Below, one piece after another: positions 1 to 13,900 of a stretch of 64,000 bases of DNA (within the stretch, counting starts at the first letter, position 1; each line of letters starts with the position of its first letter). Both the position numbers and the translations under genes were made by a program. Below the pieces are notes generated by a model. That model searched no databases, had not been told where the DNA came from, and worked only from the letters and a program-made list of their open reading frames with translations. This DNA is from Catajapyx aquilonaris (lineage: Eukaryota), in assembly GCA_000934665.2 (NCBI GenBank), contig JYFJ02000469.1, positions 1 to 64,000 of the forward strand. Reading direction: 5' to 3'.

Positions 1-260
1 CAGACATTTTGGATCCCGCAGCTAGCTTCCTACCTCCTACGGTTAAGCCTTCTTTTGATCCCTTAGCATTTAAAAAATCGGCTAGATCGTCAATCTAGCC
101 GATTTTTCCTTATGGCCCATACTAGGGTATCAAAAGACGGCTAGAGGTAGACAGGCGAAAGAGGTAGCAGGCTATTGACCCAAAATGGAGGGTATGCAAG
201 GCAGACATTTTCGATCCCGCAGCTGGCTTCCTACCTCCTGCGGTCTTTTGACCCCCTGTC
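1..260. repeat. Imperfect fold-back (about 190 bp) centred on a perfect 15-bp hairpin, plus a direct copy of the left arm; MITE-like
   Basis: 73-87 and 93-107 are perfect inverted arms. 46-66 vs 122-142 and 5-36 vs 161-187 are imperfect inverted arms. 1-43 is repeated directly at 203-244. Confidence 0.7.
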
Positions 261-358
261 ATTGGCGCCCGGTTTAAACCAAAATTAAGAGCGATTTAAG
301 ACATACTGCATCTGTAAATAGGCTAGACCCTTCCAACACTCACAAACTCGTTGCACCA

Positions 359-428
359 GAGCGTGGTTCTGAGGTAACGCGTCAGACTCTCAGTCGGGAG
401 ATGCGGGTTCAAATCCCGTGTCTCCTTG
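359..428 (+). mobile_element. tRNA-derived SINE-like head or degenerate tRNA pseudogene
   Basis: A-box-like GTGGTTCTGAGG, B-box GGTTCAAATCC (406-416) in a T-arm CGGG/CCCG, anticodon-like loop CTCTCAG. No proper acceptor stem. Confidence 0.5.
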
Positions 429-1812
429 GTTGAGAGCCAGAAAAAATAATTTGCAGCCGACATCTCTGGCAAGATGGCGACTGTTTCTTCGCAGTTTCCC
501 CAACACTTCTTCAGAGGTGTGAGAGGAGTAGTCGAAGAGGGAGGGAGGAGGGGTGGAGAGGGGGAGGAAAGGGTGGGAGGGGAGAAATTCTTTTTGGAAA
601 TTTTTAAGACACCTGCTTAATGGGAGGGGGCGGTCACTTTTTTCGAAGAAAAAGTCAAAGAAATAAAAAGTCAATTAAATGATCAAGTGGCTTCGCTTGT
701 GTTGTCCATCCCGGCAGCCCCCACCCTGCTCACCCCATAGTCCCTACATTTGTCTTATACCAGGGAGTTCCATTCTCAAACCTATCACCCCTCCAAATAT
801 TTAACTCTACAATTTAAACTATAGCTCCAATAAAATCACCAGCACATGCAAATTAATCAGCACACTTTTTAGGGCATTTCCAATGGTTTGTTGCCGGCTG
901 ACCTTTGACCGGAAAGGCCCTAATATTAGGTTTTTGGTCTGGGGCGAGGCCCTACCACGGTCTCCATCTGTCGGGTCTTTCGAAATGAGACTGTACAGAG
1001 CACAGTACATAGATATACAGTACTATATATGTCTCGATGTGAACAAGTATGCCCCTAGCCAAATGTAGCAGTCCCAGTTGGCTGGTATCAGTATGAATGT
1101 GACGTGGTGGCCGAGTGGTCACCTCCTTGGGGTCATCAGGACGAACATTCGGCATCACCGTTTCGTGGCATTGCTCCATGGATTAATGAAATAATAAATC
1201 CCCACCCGCTTCTGCTGTGGGTGGCGATGCGCAGATCGTCGACGCGGTTTTAGATAGGTTATTTTCATAAAATAGACAGAGTGTACTCTACACTCATATA
1301 TCTCTTGCACATCTCCCCCTTCCCTCCGTCACCCTTTACCATGGATTAGTTTCTATTGTACTTCTTTCGTATGACAGGCCGGAGTCGTGGTGCACATCCA
1401 TCTTGGTGGCGAAGCAGCCGATGGTGTTATTACACTATTTATTGGGAAAAAAAGTTACTGACACCAGACCAGCAGCGAACCTACGTCCTTATACCCAGTA
1501 AGAAACGGCGCTAGCCATTCATCTAAAAGGCAGTAGTTGATATTGGTTGGTTGGAAGTTGTAGCCCACATAGTTGGCCTGATTACTTTTAAAAATAATAT
1601 TTTGATCCCCGCTTCGTTCAAATGCCGACAGATAAACAGAGACGTCTGTGTTTGGTGACATTCGCCCTTTTCCGCAATACATCCCATTTTCGAACCATGG
1701 TCTCTTTCCATTAATTCATGGTACACATTTGTATAACAACCCAGAATTTTCAACCTCCTCAGATTATTAGTATTAAAATTTTATTTTTGAACAATTTATT
1801 AGATGCCCTTAC

Positions 1813-1946
1813 ATGTGGTAGTGGTGGCCCACATCCGCCTTCAATGAGGCTGTCCACTATCTCCTGTCCAGTCTGCTTGGTCTTCAGCACCAGTCGACAT
1901 GCCTCCTTGCACTGCGCATTCTGGGCTCGATCGCAACAATGCAAAC
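1813..1946 (-). CDS. RECK: RECK exon 7 (CC4)
   Basis: CACTGAAG|GT TTG CAT TGT TGC GAT CGA...CCA CAT|GTAAGG. Confidence 0.93.
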
Positions 1947-4900
1947 CTTCAGTGACAAACAAGCATTAATCACGGTAACAATCGGCTCATTCTAACCATC
2001 AGTATTACTTTGCTCCGGGTTCTGCGCCGGAGTGACTCTTGTGTAGTTATGCACACATTCCAACACTCTTGGACTGTGTTGGCTGCAAGTGGACACAACA
2101 GCATTGCGCACCTGTCGGCTCGGGGTCAACTGGGTCTGGAATATCTTACGACATGCCTCGTGACACGCATTATCCGTCGCTTTTCCACAACACTGCTCAC
2201 CAATCTGAAACATCAAAAATAATATTTCTCGAACAAATAGTTGGGAGTATGTGCGCACTTATATTTACACGGCCCAGAAAAAAAAAGGAACCGGGCCTGA
2301 GGCACACGTCGTATATCTCTCCCAACCATAAAATAGCTTTTGCAGCTAACCCTGTGAGAAAAAATGCTCCTCCTGCTTTTATGCGCAGATAAAGTCATGG
2401 TTGGAGCCTTTGAATGCAACAGTTGACGCGCGTAAAACCTACCACCGTTTGAGCCATTGATATATCTCGCAGCAACGCCCCTCTTGCAACCAAAAATGGG
2501 CGTTGGCAAAAAAAACCTGTCACCAATTCCAATCACGTCCAACACAAAAAAGATACGGGCTCATCCGATGGCCACCGTCTTAAACAGACATTTCCACTTT
2601 AAAAACTAGTCCACGGATGATTAATGCGGCTAAGTGCATTTTTGTCACCAATTGGGTGTGGTCGCATCACCAAAAATGTCACTTCCTGCTCCTGGAAAGG
2701 TGATGCAAATCGTGCAAATGATTTACGATTGGACAAACATGCCTACCGCAACTTAAAGAGTGGTGACGACCTATACCGCTACTTTTCTGGTTATTAAATT
2801 TTGGGCCTCACCTCTTGTCGGTCCAGACACGTGTAGAAGGAGATTTCGTCGCTGTGTCTGCAGCTGTGGGTCAGGTCCTTCTTGCTCTGGGCGGACAGGC
2901 ATGAGATTTGGCATGTTCGAGCCTGAGGAAGGCTGCAGCATGGACGACCGAACCAGCCTTGGGCACGGTCGATCTCTGCAAAAAAAAAGACACACAAGAC
3001 CACGCTGTATACTTGTTCATTTTTTTAAAAAATATTTCGAAATGAGCCAACTGGCGTATCTGGGACTTATATCAACCAAGTAATGAGAGTTATATCTTCA
3101 GAATGAATTCTCGGCAGCACGTGTGTTACCCTCATAAATAAGTCTCCGGAATGCCTAGCTTGTGTAGTACGCGAAACAAAAGTGTTTTACAGCAGTCGAT
3201 CCATCTCTATAATTGTTTCGTTACATTCCTGTTTTGCAGTTGCCAAGAATTTTTCCCTCCGCGTTTCATATCAAGGAGCCCTCACCAAATAGGGTCAAAT
3301 GACCTTTCACGTATTCAATCCCTGCCCCTCACCAAAAATTATGCACATATTTTCCATATTATACCTGGCGTGTACCCGGCAAAATAATACCTGAAGCTGC
3401 CAAGAAAAATTCCCCGGTATTTATTTTAAGCCGAGTCGGGTCATAACTTTGCGCTCCGAACCAACCAAATAAATCCATCGGAGAGAGAGGCCTAGTAGGC
3501 ATAAAAGTTTTAACTGCTTCCACCGTGTGTTGTCAAGGAAGGAGGCCCCCCGGGGCCGTTAAAAAAAAATATTGTCAACCGTCCGACACAAAAATGCCCC
3601 TTGGGCCTGGGGTCAACTCCCAGGAAATATCTTTTCTTTCTTTACTGTTCAGTGTGGTTAAGTGACCCCATGACGCAAATGAAAAACAAGGCGCCTAATT
3701 TTGCCTGGGCCACTCCTGCATTCTAATCCCGGATGTTGTTGGCTCCTTGGGTCGGGAGGGGGGAAGGATGAGGTCCCAGGCTTTGAATTTATATGCCGTC
3801 GCGACAATCCTTGTATCTTGTTACCCTTTGAAGAAAGAGAAAGATCGAGGGCCCTCTTCAGTGAGGTTTTACTGGTTGGGTCACGAGTAGGTTGAGCTGG
3901 ATTAATTTTTTCAACATTTTTATGTTAATGAGAAGCGAACTAAAAAAATAATCACTAATAAACGAACTAATAATAAAATCACCAATAAACTAACTAATAA
4001 TAAAATCACTAATAAACTAACTAAGAATAGTCACCAATAAACTAATAATAAAATCACCAATAAACTAATAATAAAATCACCAATAAACTAATGATAAAAT
4101 CACTAATAAACGAAGAAACTCATAAACATAATAACTAATTATAAATAACTCATAAACAATTAATAAAAGAACTAATGAAATCATAGATAATAAACATAAT
4201 AACTTAAAAATAATTAATAGACAACTAATAATTAATTATAAAATAACTGATGAACAAGTAGTAATAAAAGAACTAATGAAATCATAACTAATAAACAACA
4301 AATAAACATAATAAATGTAAAAACCATTAATAAACTAATAATTAATTATAAAATAACTAATAAATAATGAGTAACCAATAAACAAAACCAATAATAAATA
4401 TACATAACTAATAATATTTTTTCATATATCTGTAATAATAATGAGTAGCTAATAAGAATAGCCATTAAAATAACCAATAAAACTGATAACTAAAAAATCT
4501 AGCAATTGTACTGGTGTCCTATTATAAAGGGGGCTATAAGCATAGGTTTAATCTGCAGCTAATTGACCGCTCATAGGCATTGAACGTTACTGCCCCGTTG
4601 ATCCTGTGCGTTCATTCAACTCCGAATTAACCTCGCGCAATGCCACATGAAAACGTGACACTTGTAAAAACAAACACCCCCAGTACTATACCTAAGCCTG
4701 GCCAAAAAAAGAGAACCCGGCCAGTTTCAATCAGCAAACGACCCGGGGGTACAACATGGCGCTAAATCTCTCGCCACGACCAGCCATATCCGCACATCTC
4801 ATGACAAACTGCGGTATATGACCCATATTTTTTTGCATATCCCCTTCCCCCAGCCCCTACTACTGGAGAGTGGTAATTTTTTTTGTACATCCAACACCTG

Positions 4901-7900
4901 ACAAAATTATGGCTCTCTTGTTACTGCCTGAGGACATCTCATGGCGCGGCCCTTGCTGGTTGACCCTCAGCGCCCAAATATTAAATTAAGCTTCACAAAG
5001 GGAAGCCGACTCTTTTTGCAAAATGCCGTCAAGTTTATATGGCCATCCAGAGGGCACCACATGATCAGATACTCTTTTTTGGAGTGACATCCAGGCAAGG
5101 CCAAATCCTCAAGATATTAATCGGATATTGGCTCGGTTCAGGCCTATTGGATAATCCAGTTGTCCAGACCTCGAAATTCCTTCTCTCTCTCTCTCTCTCT
5201 TTTTGACAGGTAAATCAGATTAAGCCGGATTAATGCCCAACAGGCCCAAAATTATGCCTTCTGCTTCTGACGTTATCTGACCTGCAACTACAGGACGGCT
5301 CGTTGCCCCAAGTACCAATTTTGACAGTGGGCAGCATGTGAGGATTCAAGGCTGTTTATAGACCACCCTGCAGCATTAATTGAGACACCATTTTGTATCC
5401 TGACCTGTAAAAAGCTTCGGCAGTCAATAAAAACAGCCATAAAGGAAATTCGTCCACGCTTCCCACGTTACGCATTCACGTGATTTTCCTTCAGCTCCTT
5501 TCATTTGACACGGCCACTTAAACGGTCCTGAATGGGTTTCGTGTCCGGATAATTGACGCTGTCAAGCCCCTCTCCGTGTGAACTCACCCACTCTGCTCTA
5601 ATCAACCCGAATTAGGTTCATTAAGACAAGTTGCGCTCGATATTTTTCACACAATAAAAAGTGTCCACTTACCCCTCAGGGTCTCATTGAAACACTGCCA
5701 GAAGGTAACCTGTAAAGAGGGGAAAAAAAGGTGTTAGAAATATCTTGACAGGGGCTTAGCCAGGGTAACAAAATCCTTCAAGTCTGAGAGTCAGCATAGG
5801 ATCTATTGTTACCAGGGCTTATTATCACGTTTTTTTGTGCGCCATGTAGACCGGTCATGTCAAAACAAGAGAAACTGGCAGGACGTGAGTAGGCACAGAT
5901 CCCGTCCAAAAAACAGGGTAATACGACACTTCCAGCAGGTGTTTCCTGAGGGATCATCCTGGGAAAAAAAATTATCGGGCCAATCCTATATAGCTCTTTG
6001 AATGGGTCATTCAGAAGGGTTGAAGGCCACAGTTGTCATCACAAGTAACAACATTCAATTTATCAGTGATTGCCTGTAACCACTGAAGGGCAGCTTGGAA
6101 TCCTTCAGTCTTGGACAAACATTCCCACCAGATGGCCCACTTCCTGTGGGTCACTCTGTCATCATCCCCCATTCCCCAGGATGGAAACCTCTTCCTTCCA
6201 TCTGCTACAATTTGTCAAAGTAAATCGGATGGTGTCGATGGGTGTGGAGGGGTGCGTGTGTCAACATGGTCTCCTCAAGTACACCCCCAGTGGGCTCCAG
6301 AAAGCCGTTTCCTCTTCCTAATGTCCCTGCTAAAACTATCGAAAAGAAGGCCAGCCTGTGTAAATATTGAACCGGGGTCTGAGATGTGACGAAAGAAATA
6401 ATCGCATTTCTCTAACTCACTGGCAGATCAGGTCCACACCCTGTAGCAAGTCACGTAAACTAGGCGTGAAGGCCTGACAAGGTGAGCTGACCCTTGTGTC
6501 ACCTACAAGTACCATTAATTTATAGTGTCCTTGGACTGCCTTTTGGGAAGCGAAACACTTTGTCATTTTTACCCACGATGTTTATCTAAGCAGTGGTCTC
6601 GAAGAATTCTAGGGTCCCTAGAATTCTTCGCGACCACTGCTCAGAACTGCTGTACCTCAAGGGTCCTCACCGACAATGAAAGAGCGGCATCGACTCTGTC
6701 ACCACCATTGAATTGAATCGCTCCCCTTGTCCATCCTCCCACCGTTATCCAGCACAATGTGCCCCCATTTTGCTCTTCTTCTCAAGACTCTCAAAGGTGG
6801 GCTTCCAGTAGCTCAAATAGACGCCGACATGATTGTTGGGAGCAAAAAAAAAAGGAGAGGCCGCTTTCGGCAAGAGGAAGAAGGACTCGGACAATGGACA
6901 AGGGAGGAACAAAAGCGGTGCTCCTGATGGCAAATTGGCTCTAATTCTGCTAACAAGATCGGGCGGAAAGGCTGGGGAAATTATTGCTTCCTGGTACGTG
7001 CGAAACACCCTGTCAAAAATTTTAGGGGGTGTGCTGAAAGGCTGAATCACACGGTAGTTCGGACAGTAATAACAGCATGGACGCAATGCGGGTAGCTATT
7101 AAAATCAGTCTGCAATGTTCCGACAGCCATGTTGAATATTATCAAAACATTGGCCTCCAAAGCTGCTAATCTCTAAAGGACAAGAAGTACAGTCTGGAAT
7201 ATTAATTTTTATGCACTATTTATGCATTCATTCATTTACTTACTTATTTTCATATTTTCATTTATTTTTATTCATATTTATTTATATTAATTTATATTTT
7301 CTTTATTTTATTTATATTTTCATGTTTCTATTCATATTTCCATACGATTATTTTCATGTTTCCATATGATTATTTTTATGTTCATAGTATTTATTTATAT
7401 TTATGCAGAACATGAGCAAAACCAATAGCAATCCACAGTTAAGGCTTATCTAAGCCACAGCCATCCGTAAACAAAGGCCACCTTCTGCTGTCATTGGCTG
7501 ATATAGAGCCATGTGACCTGCAGGGTTGCCGCAGTTACCATAAATTCCTACCGAATGAGGCCTGACGCTGTGCTTTTGCCCTCCCCAATTGACCCCCCAA
7601 TATTTTTTGGGGTCCCTGTTCCCCCAAGTGGCCTCAAGTTGAAGGGGGCCAGCCAAGAGGTGGCAGCTGACAAGAACCATTCCTCCTCCTGATGGCTTTA
7701 TGGTTTCCCCCCCCAACGCCATCACTTCCTGTTGGAAGAAGAAACCCAGTGTTTGCTCTGCATACACCGCATTGCACAGCTCAATTAACCCGGGGGCCGC
7801 CCCAGGTGCGAACTGGCCCCACTTTGGCAGCATCGCAGCGGCCCTTTTGAAGCTCTGTCCAGAAAAATACAACCGGCGCCTGGTATATCCTTTTCCAAGC

Positions 7901-10900
7901 AGCCTCCTCTTTTAAATCAATTGCAAGACGCAGTCATGCCGGGCATATTTTAGACCCCGTCTTGCCCAGCATGGGACTCGGGCCGGCCACTTGTTGTGAT
8001 AAATATGCCTGTCGAATACTAGCTGGGCTTGCTGGGGGATTGCTGGCTCCAGAGATGGAAGAAACCAGTTGCCCACAAAGTGCCTTCCCTCCCCTGTGGA
8101 TTGCCCAACTTGCTAAGTAATCGCCTTCAAGTCTGCCATATTACGATGCCCTATTACTTATTTTATATTTATAAAAGTCTTACCAATTGTGTAGGGCAGA
8201 ACACATGGACGCTGTGAAGGCGTTGTCTTCTAGCCTCCGGGTCTGTTGCTATGACCACTAAGGACACCTGAAATGAGAAAGGCCACGGGTTACAACGTTG
8301 TGTCAAAATATGCTGGGCGCGGCGAATGGGACATTATCCTTTGTCAGGCGTATATCTGTCAAGGAGTCTGGAACTGATGGGGCTGTAGTGCAACACCCAG
8401 TCTTTTGTACCTGGGTATATATAAAAAAAAGAAACCTCAGGTAGGAAGAAAAATGACCCGATTACCCCGTCGAGCGCCGTCGAGGCTAGATGTCACCGAT
8501 AGCAGAAGGCTTGCTCCCTAAACTGTCACCTCCGCCTGTCCTCATCTACCCAACCGGTCTCATAAGAAAAAGGCGCAAAATTTTCAAGATGTTTGGACAC
8601 CCCTGCAGGAAAAAAAGGGTCAGCCAAACACGCAATTACAATGCAGCACATTGAGTGACTGTGACTGATTCGGACGTGTCATCAGAATACCAAATGAGCG
8701 TCTACATGTTTTCGCAGACTGAGCAACCGGTGGTACTGTACAGTACAAGGACACTTTCGCACATAAGTCAACCAACCAGATGGCGCACCATACCGAATTG
8801 AGCAGTAGGCATGCGCAGAAGCTATGCGCAGTTGTAGTATGCTCAGTATGGATGCGCAGTGCGTAGTCTTTTTCAAAAGCTATTTTTTGTGCCCATACTG
8901 TAAGCTGCCAAACCCAAAGACTATCTGAAGTGGCCAGAAAAGGCAAGGGCAAGCCGTGAAGATGGGCAAGATGCCCAACCAAGATCAGGACGTCAGATTG
9001 GGATGCTAAGCTGACAGTCTGTCGCACGGGGATCAACTTCGCAAAAAGAGAGAGGTTTTTGGCAGTGGTTTTTCCCACCATACCAATTTTTTTAGAGTAC
9101 ACTCAAGAGTGGAATTGGTGGATTGTTGGCACGTACAGGGGCGTGAACAGAAATAGCCTTTTAATTACCGTATCTGATACGGTTGTTTGGTCCGACTTGG
9201 TACACTTTGACCTCAACATTCCGAAAAAGTGTGGTCGTAAAACAACCGAGGCGTGACTGCGGATGGATAAACCGCACGATTTATGACCAACCGAGCGATA
9301 AGCACAAGTTATTTGTCAGATATTGTTACGATTTAGGTCGCAAAGGGTGTCTCCACAGATGGCTGCCGACCTATGACCCGCTAATATATGTTTCTTTAAT
9401 AAAAACACACATACAAGGCGGCTCTTATGAAAAAGCAGCCATATTTGCTCCCAATTACGCGGTCATGGGTTGTCACTCGCGTCCCTAATCAATGTCCAAA
9501 GTCATTAGGGAATGTCGCTGGCAAAAGGGCTGGCCCTCACTTGCTTCATAAGCACCGTCCTTCGCGACAACAACCAACTTGGACCCGCTTCAAGAATCCG
9601 GACAACGTGCATAAATTGAGCGTTTTTACACATTGCAGGCTAATCACCCCCTTCGGAAAATGCATGGCTGACTATTTTGTGGGGCTGACTGACTGTTGTT
9701 ATTTCCCCGGCATTTTATGGCCGAAATTGCGCACTAGTATGCGCAACATGCGCACTAGTATGCGTGCGCACTGCGGCATTTTCACAGGTAAGTAACCCGT
9801 CCCGGAAGGCGGTGTAGCGACCTCAGATACCGGAAAAATTCCAGGGGCCACATAGTTCTCCCAAATAACTTGGAACTTGGCAGTGTTAGTAATCGAAATG
9901 AAGGCTTCTCTCATCACCCGGCCGGCTCAGATTGACACCCAAGACACAAGCAAGTAACAACCTGGCCTTTGATGATAGCTAGACCGTAGCTGAGATTTAT
10001 TGAGCGCGTCTCATCCTCTGACAACCACAAAGTCCATCTCTAGAAACACTAGTCTGCACTGTTGGGCAACAATGCGGGTGGGCCCCCGGACTACACACAA
10101 GCGGTGCTCGGTTCACTTGGCAAACGGAAGATATTGCTATGAAAAAGTAGCTAAAGAGTTGAAGCCAACAGAAAACCGCATGAGCGCTTCGGTGGTCCAC
10201 TAAGGAACTATCTGGCAGTCACATGCACATTTTTGCACGTATAATTTTAACCTACGCTATAAATAAGTAAAATAATATAATATAAATCACGTTGAAGAGG
10301 CAGTACTGCCAGTACATATTAAAATTTATTCAATAAATTTTTGGCATGTATGCCACGTGTCTTGTAGTCTGCCGAAATATGTTTCTCTCATATGGGATGA
10401 CGTGCCACCAAAAAACTTCGGGAAGGCAACAGTGAGGCGCCTTGTGCGCTTGCAAAACTGGAAAATCAACTGTCAACAGAAGGATTTATCACTGTCATTC
10501 GCACCCGCAGCCATGACCTCCTATAGCCCTGTCCGAAACACACACACTCACATATGCTCACATATGAGTAACCTTCCAGTGCAGCACACACACTTGGAAT
10601 CGTTATGGTCGAGTAAAAAAGAGAGGAAATGGCCGCAGACGTAGAGCCACATAAGTGAACTTCCCATGTAGGCATAAACCTGTCAGATGGAAGCCAATGT
10701 GGTGGGGGAGGTTTCAGCACGTGCAGGGGCGGGGGAAGACTCAAACAATTTACGGTTACATTTATTTGGCATGTGTTTGTCGCCGGAAAAGAAAAGGGAA
10801 TTATTTTTAGGTGATTTTACACGTCGTTCGTCAAGATGAAGTGGATTTAGATCACTCCCTAGGCGCCTCAGTCGACTTATAGCAACTATTTTTCAAACCC

Positions 10901-13900
10901 AAACCACTGAGGCGGGTACACCCCCAGTATTTCAATTTTTTTTGCTGGCAATTACCCCCCAAATCCTACGGTTTTCTGTAAATGGAAGCCACAGTATCAA
11001 TCTCATCCTCCCAAAAACCGCCTATTAATTTTTCAACTGCGGTTCTGCCACCCTGAAAGTGAGGATCAACTAGTTGCGGCTAAGTAATTGGTGTTGTCCC
11101 TCCCACAATTACCTGCGCTTTATAAATTGTTAATTATACTCCAGGCCTTTAATTTACAGCCTCACAATGTGCGGCCCGTAACCTCCCAACAGGCACGTCG
11201 ATACCAAATGACGGCCTTCCATTCACCCGGTGAACACAGCCGCTTTGCTACACAACCAGCCGGTGAATACCGCTGTCTGTCATTTGCATAAAGAAGCACT
11301 CATCCCAACTCTTGAGTCACGCCGGATCAGGGGGGGGGGGGGGGGNNNNNGGGGCATCTTTTGTATTACGCGCCACGTGGGCCTTCATGCGCAGTACGGA
11401 TGCGTAGTGGTCATGCGTAGAAGCAGTGCGCACTGCCCAGTTGCATATGATATGAATAAATGGCACTTTTTTGTAATTTTAGTGCATGATTTATCCTGCT
11501 ACAGTAAAATATTGTAATAATAATTATACATGCATATAAAGATTAATAACTATAATTACATTACGGTATCTAAGTCAATAAAATTATACATACTAATACA
11601 AATAAAAGAACCCATGTAAATATAGTTGTTATCCACATAAATAAATATAACTATCCCTGTAAATCAATAAAATGCATATACAGTAGGCTAACACCTAATT
11701 ATATACAGTATGAACGAATTTTTCAAACATATGAAAATGAATTTAATTAATTTAATTTCGTTCATTTGTTAATTTTGCTCAATTAAATTGCAATGTTCAT
11801 GCGCATGTTGGATCTTATAATTGATATTTGCAAATAATGTTGAGAATAATTAAGTGAGCAGGAGGCAGGCGCAGTGCATATGCGCAGTACTTGTGCGTGG
11901 TATAGTCTCCTCATATTTCAGAGCAGCCTACATTAGACCCCTGCAATCAGCAAACCCTGTCAGTGTGGGTGGGCAAGTATACTGCCACGCCTGGAAGAAT
12001 CATAAATTGCGGAAACGTCATAAAAAAGTTGGAGCATTGCCGTAAAAAACGCATCTGGTCGTCGCAGCGCTACATGGCCTGAAACTGAGACAATGCAACA
12101 GTCCTGTCAGCATCATCGGGTTACCGAATCAATCAACCTTTTTGGTTGGGCCAGCTCATTTCCGCTGGATGGGCCAGACTAGTTCTCCGGCCTTGGAAGG
12201 ACACGAAGTTCGGCTCCAGCCCGGGGGACAACTACACACACACTCTCTCTCACACACACACATCTCATTCTAGGGGCAGCTTAATTAGCATGCATACCTT
12301 CCTCCTAGGAAAAGACCGTGTTAACCAGCCCAAATAGTCGGGAAAAGTAAACAAAATTGCGCCACTGATTCACTCACAAAACGGGTTTTAATTACTTCCC
12401 CCCAAGGGTAGTCCAGGGATAATTGATGTGGACCAGTTTCAAAATGTTTGCCTTCCTCACTTACAGGGTGCCAAATAAAATTTAAAATAACAAAAAAAGA
12501 GAGAGAAGTGGATATAATCTGGTACTTCCCTAGTCATGTTTACAGACTGGATTCCTTTAATCACAGTAATATTTACGCCGATGTGAGAGCAACCAAATTT
12601 TTTTATTGGACATTCTGCCCGAAATTGGGAGCACAAATTATCACTTGTCAGGCCTGGTGCAGCCTGATGGTAAATCAAGTGCTGTAAGTGTCGCACGCCA
12701 ATAGCTAATTACTGCGGGCCAAAAAATTATAACATCCAGGGCATGCCATAAAATAGTAGGTGGTCTCGAATTCTTCACTATATCTTGCAAATCGAGCAGC
12801 AAAAACAGCAGAAAAACCTACAGATACAGTATCGAAATATTTATAAATATAAATAACAATATTTTTGACTACATACGAGCTCAAATAACAATATATTGTT
12901 TTAATTCACAATAATAGCTAATTATAATAAGTACCGCATATAGAAATTAATAAACGGAAATTAAAATAAATACGATTAATAAAATAAAAATAAATTAATA
13001 TAAACGACAAACGAAAATTAATAAAATAAGCAATACAATTAATGTTCGCAATTGCATGCGAAACTTTAACATTATATTTGTGAATTTATAACGCTGCGGG
13101 CTGCCGCAGACCGTTATGGTAACAGGCGAACTGCGCAGAAGGCGTGCGCGGTGGTTGATCCGTCGGATTCCTTCACATTTGCGACCAGTCACGGTCCCGC
13201 GACCTTTTGATTCCCAGCGGTCATGGTACCCTCCACCCGTGGTCCATCCCTCACCGTGGGCGGCCCACTCAGAATTATTCCTTCTCCAAATGATGGATAG
13301 ATGGTAGAGCCCCCAAGGTAACAGAGAGTCTCTCTCCCCCGGTGCGAAGGACCCTCAAGACACCGATCTCTGAAGGTGGCCCCGTGATTGCGACCGCCCT
13401 TATCGGAATGACTCCAACTCTGGACACTCCTTCTTTGGTGGTGGAGAGAGAGAGACGACATGCAGGGCTGGCTACCCCCAAAATGCATTCAGGTTGAAGG
13501 AGGGTGGATCAGTTCTCTTTCTTTGGTGGGTTGGGAACGTGTTGCTGTGATTCATGATGGGATTGCAGCAGGACTGGGCATGGCAAAAAGGATGCGTGAC
13601 TTGTTGGTGCTGCTGGCTTAATCTCCGGATTTTTCATTGCCGACGTCGGAGGAAGCCTGATGAATTGTCCTCTTCGGGAGTCATGGCCACCTTTGGGATA
13701 AGCTGGATATTTGGATTCAGAGGCTACTAGTGGAGGCTACTGTGCGCATAACTGACAATGTCAAATTAAACGGATTCAAGCGGGGTCAGTGCATCGTGAC
13801 GCGACACTGTTGGTGGGGTCAGGGTTGCAACGAATTGTAGGCATGTGCTTCATAAAGTCAATTAAACCCATATATGCCTTCACTTGTACACAAATTGTGT

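Noticed and set aside
950..1200. A-box TGGCCGAGTGG (1108-1118) and a SINE-core-like GTCTTTCGAAATGAGAC
   Set aside because: No convincing B-box or cloverleaf. It may be a decayed SINE but cannot be supported without a search. It is also not the next RECK exon (no WQC motif).
3937..4110. Regular short repeats considered as a CRISPR-like array
   Set aside because: Tandem units without unique spacers, eukaryotic context, no cas genes.
11331..11354. G/C homopolymers containing N (also about 18525, 53846 and 58500)
   Set aside because: Sequencing or assembly uncertainty in homopolymers; not interpretable as G-quadruplex elements.
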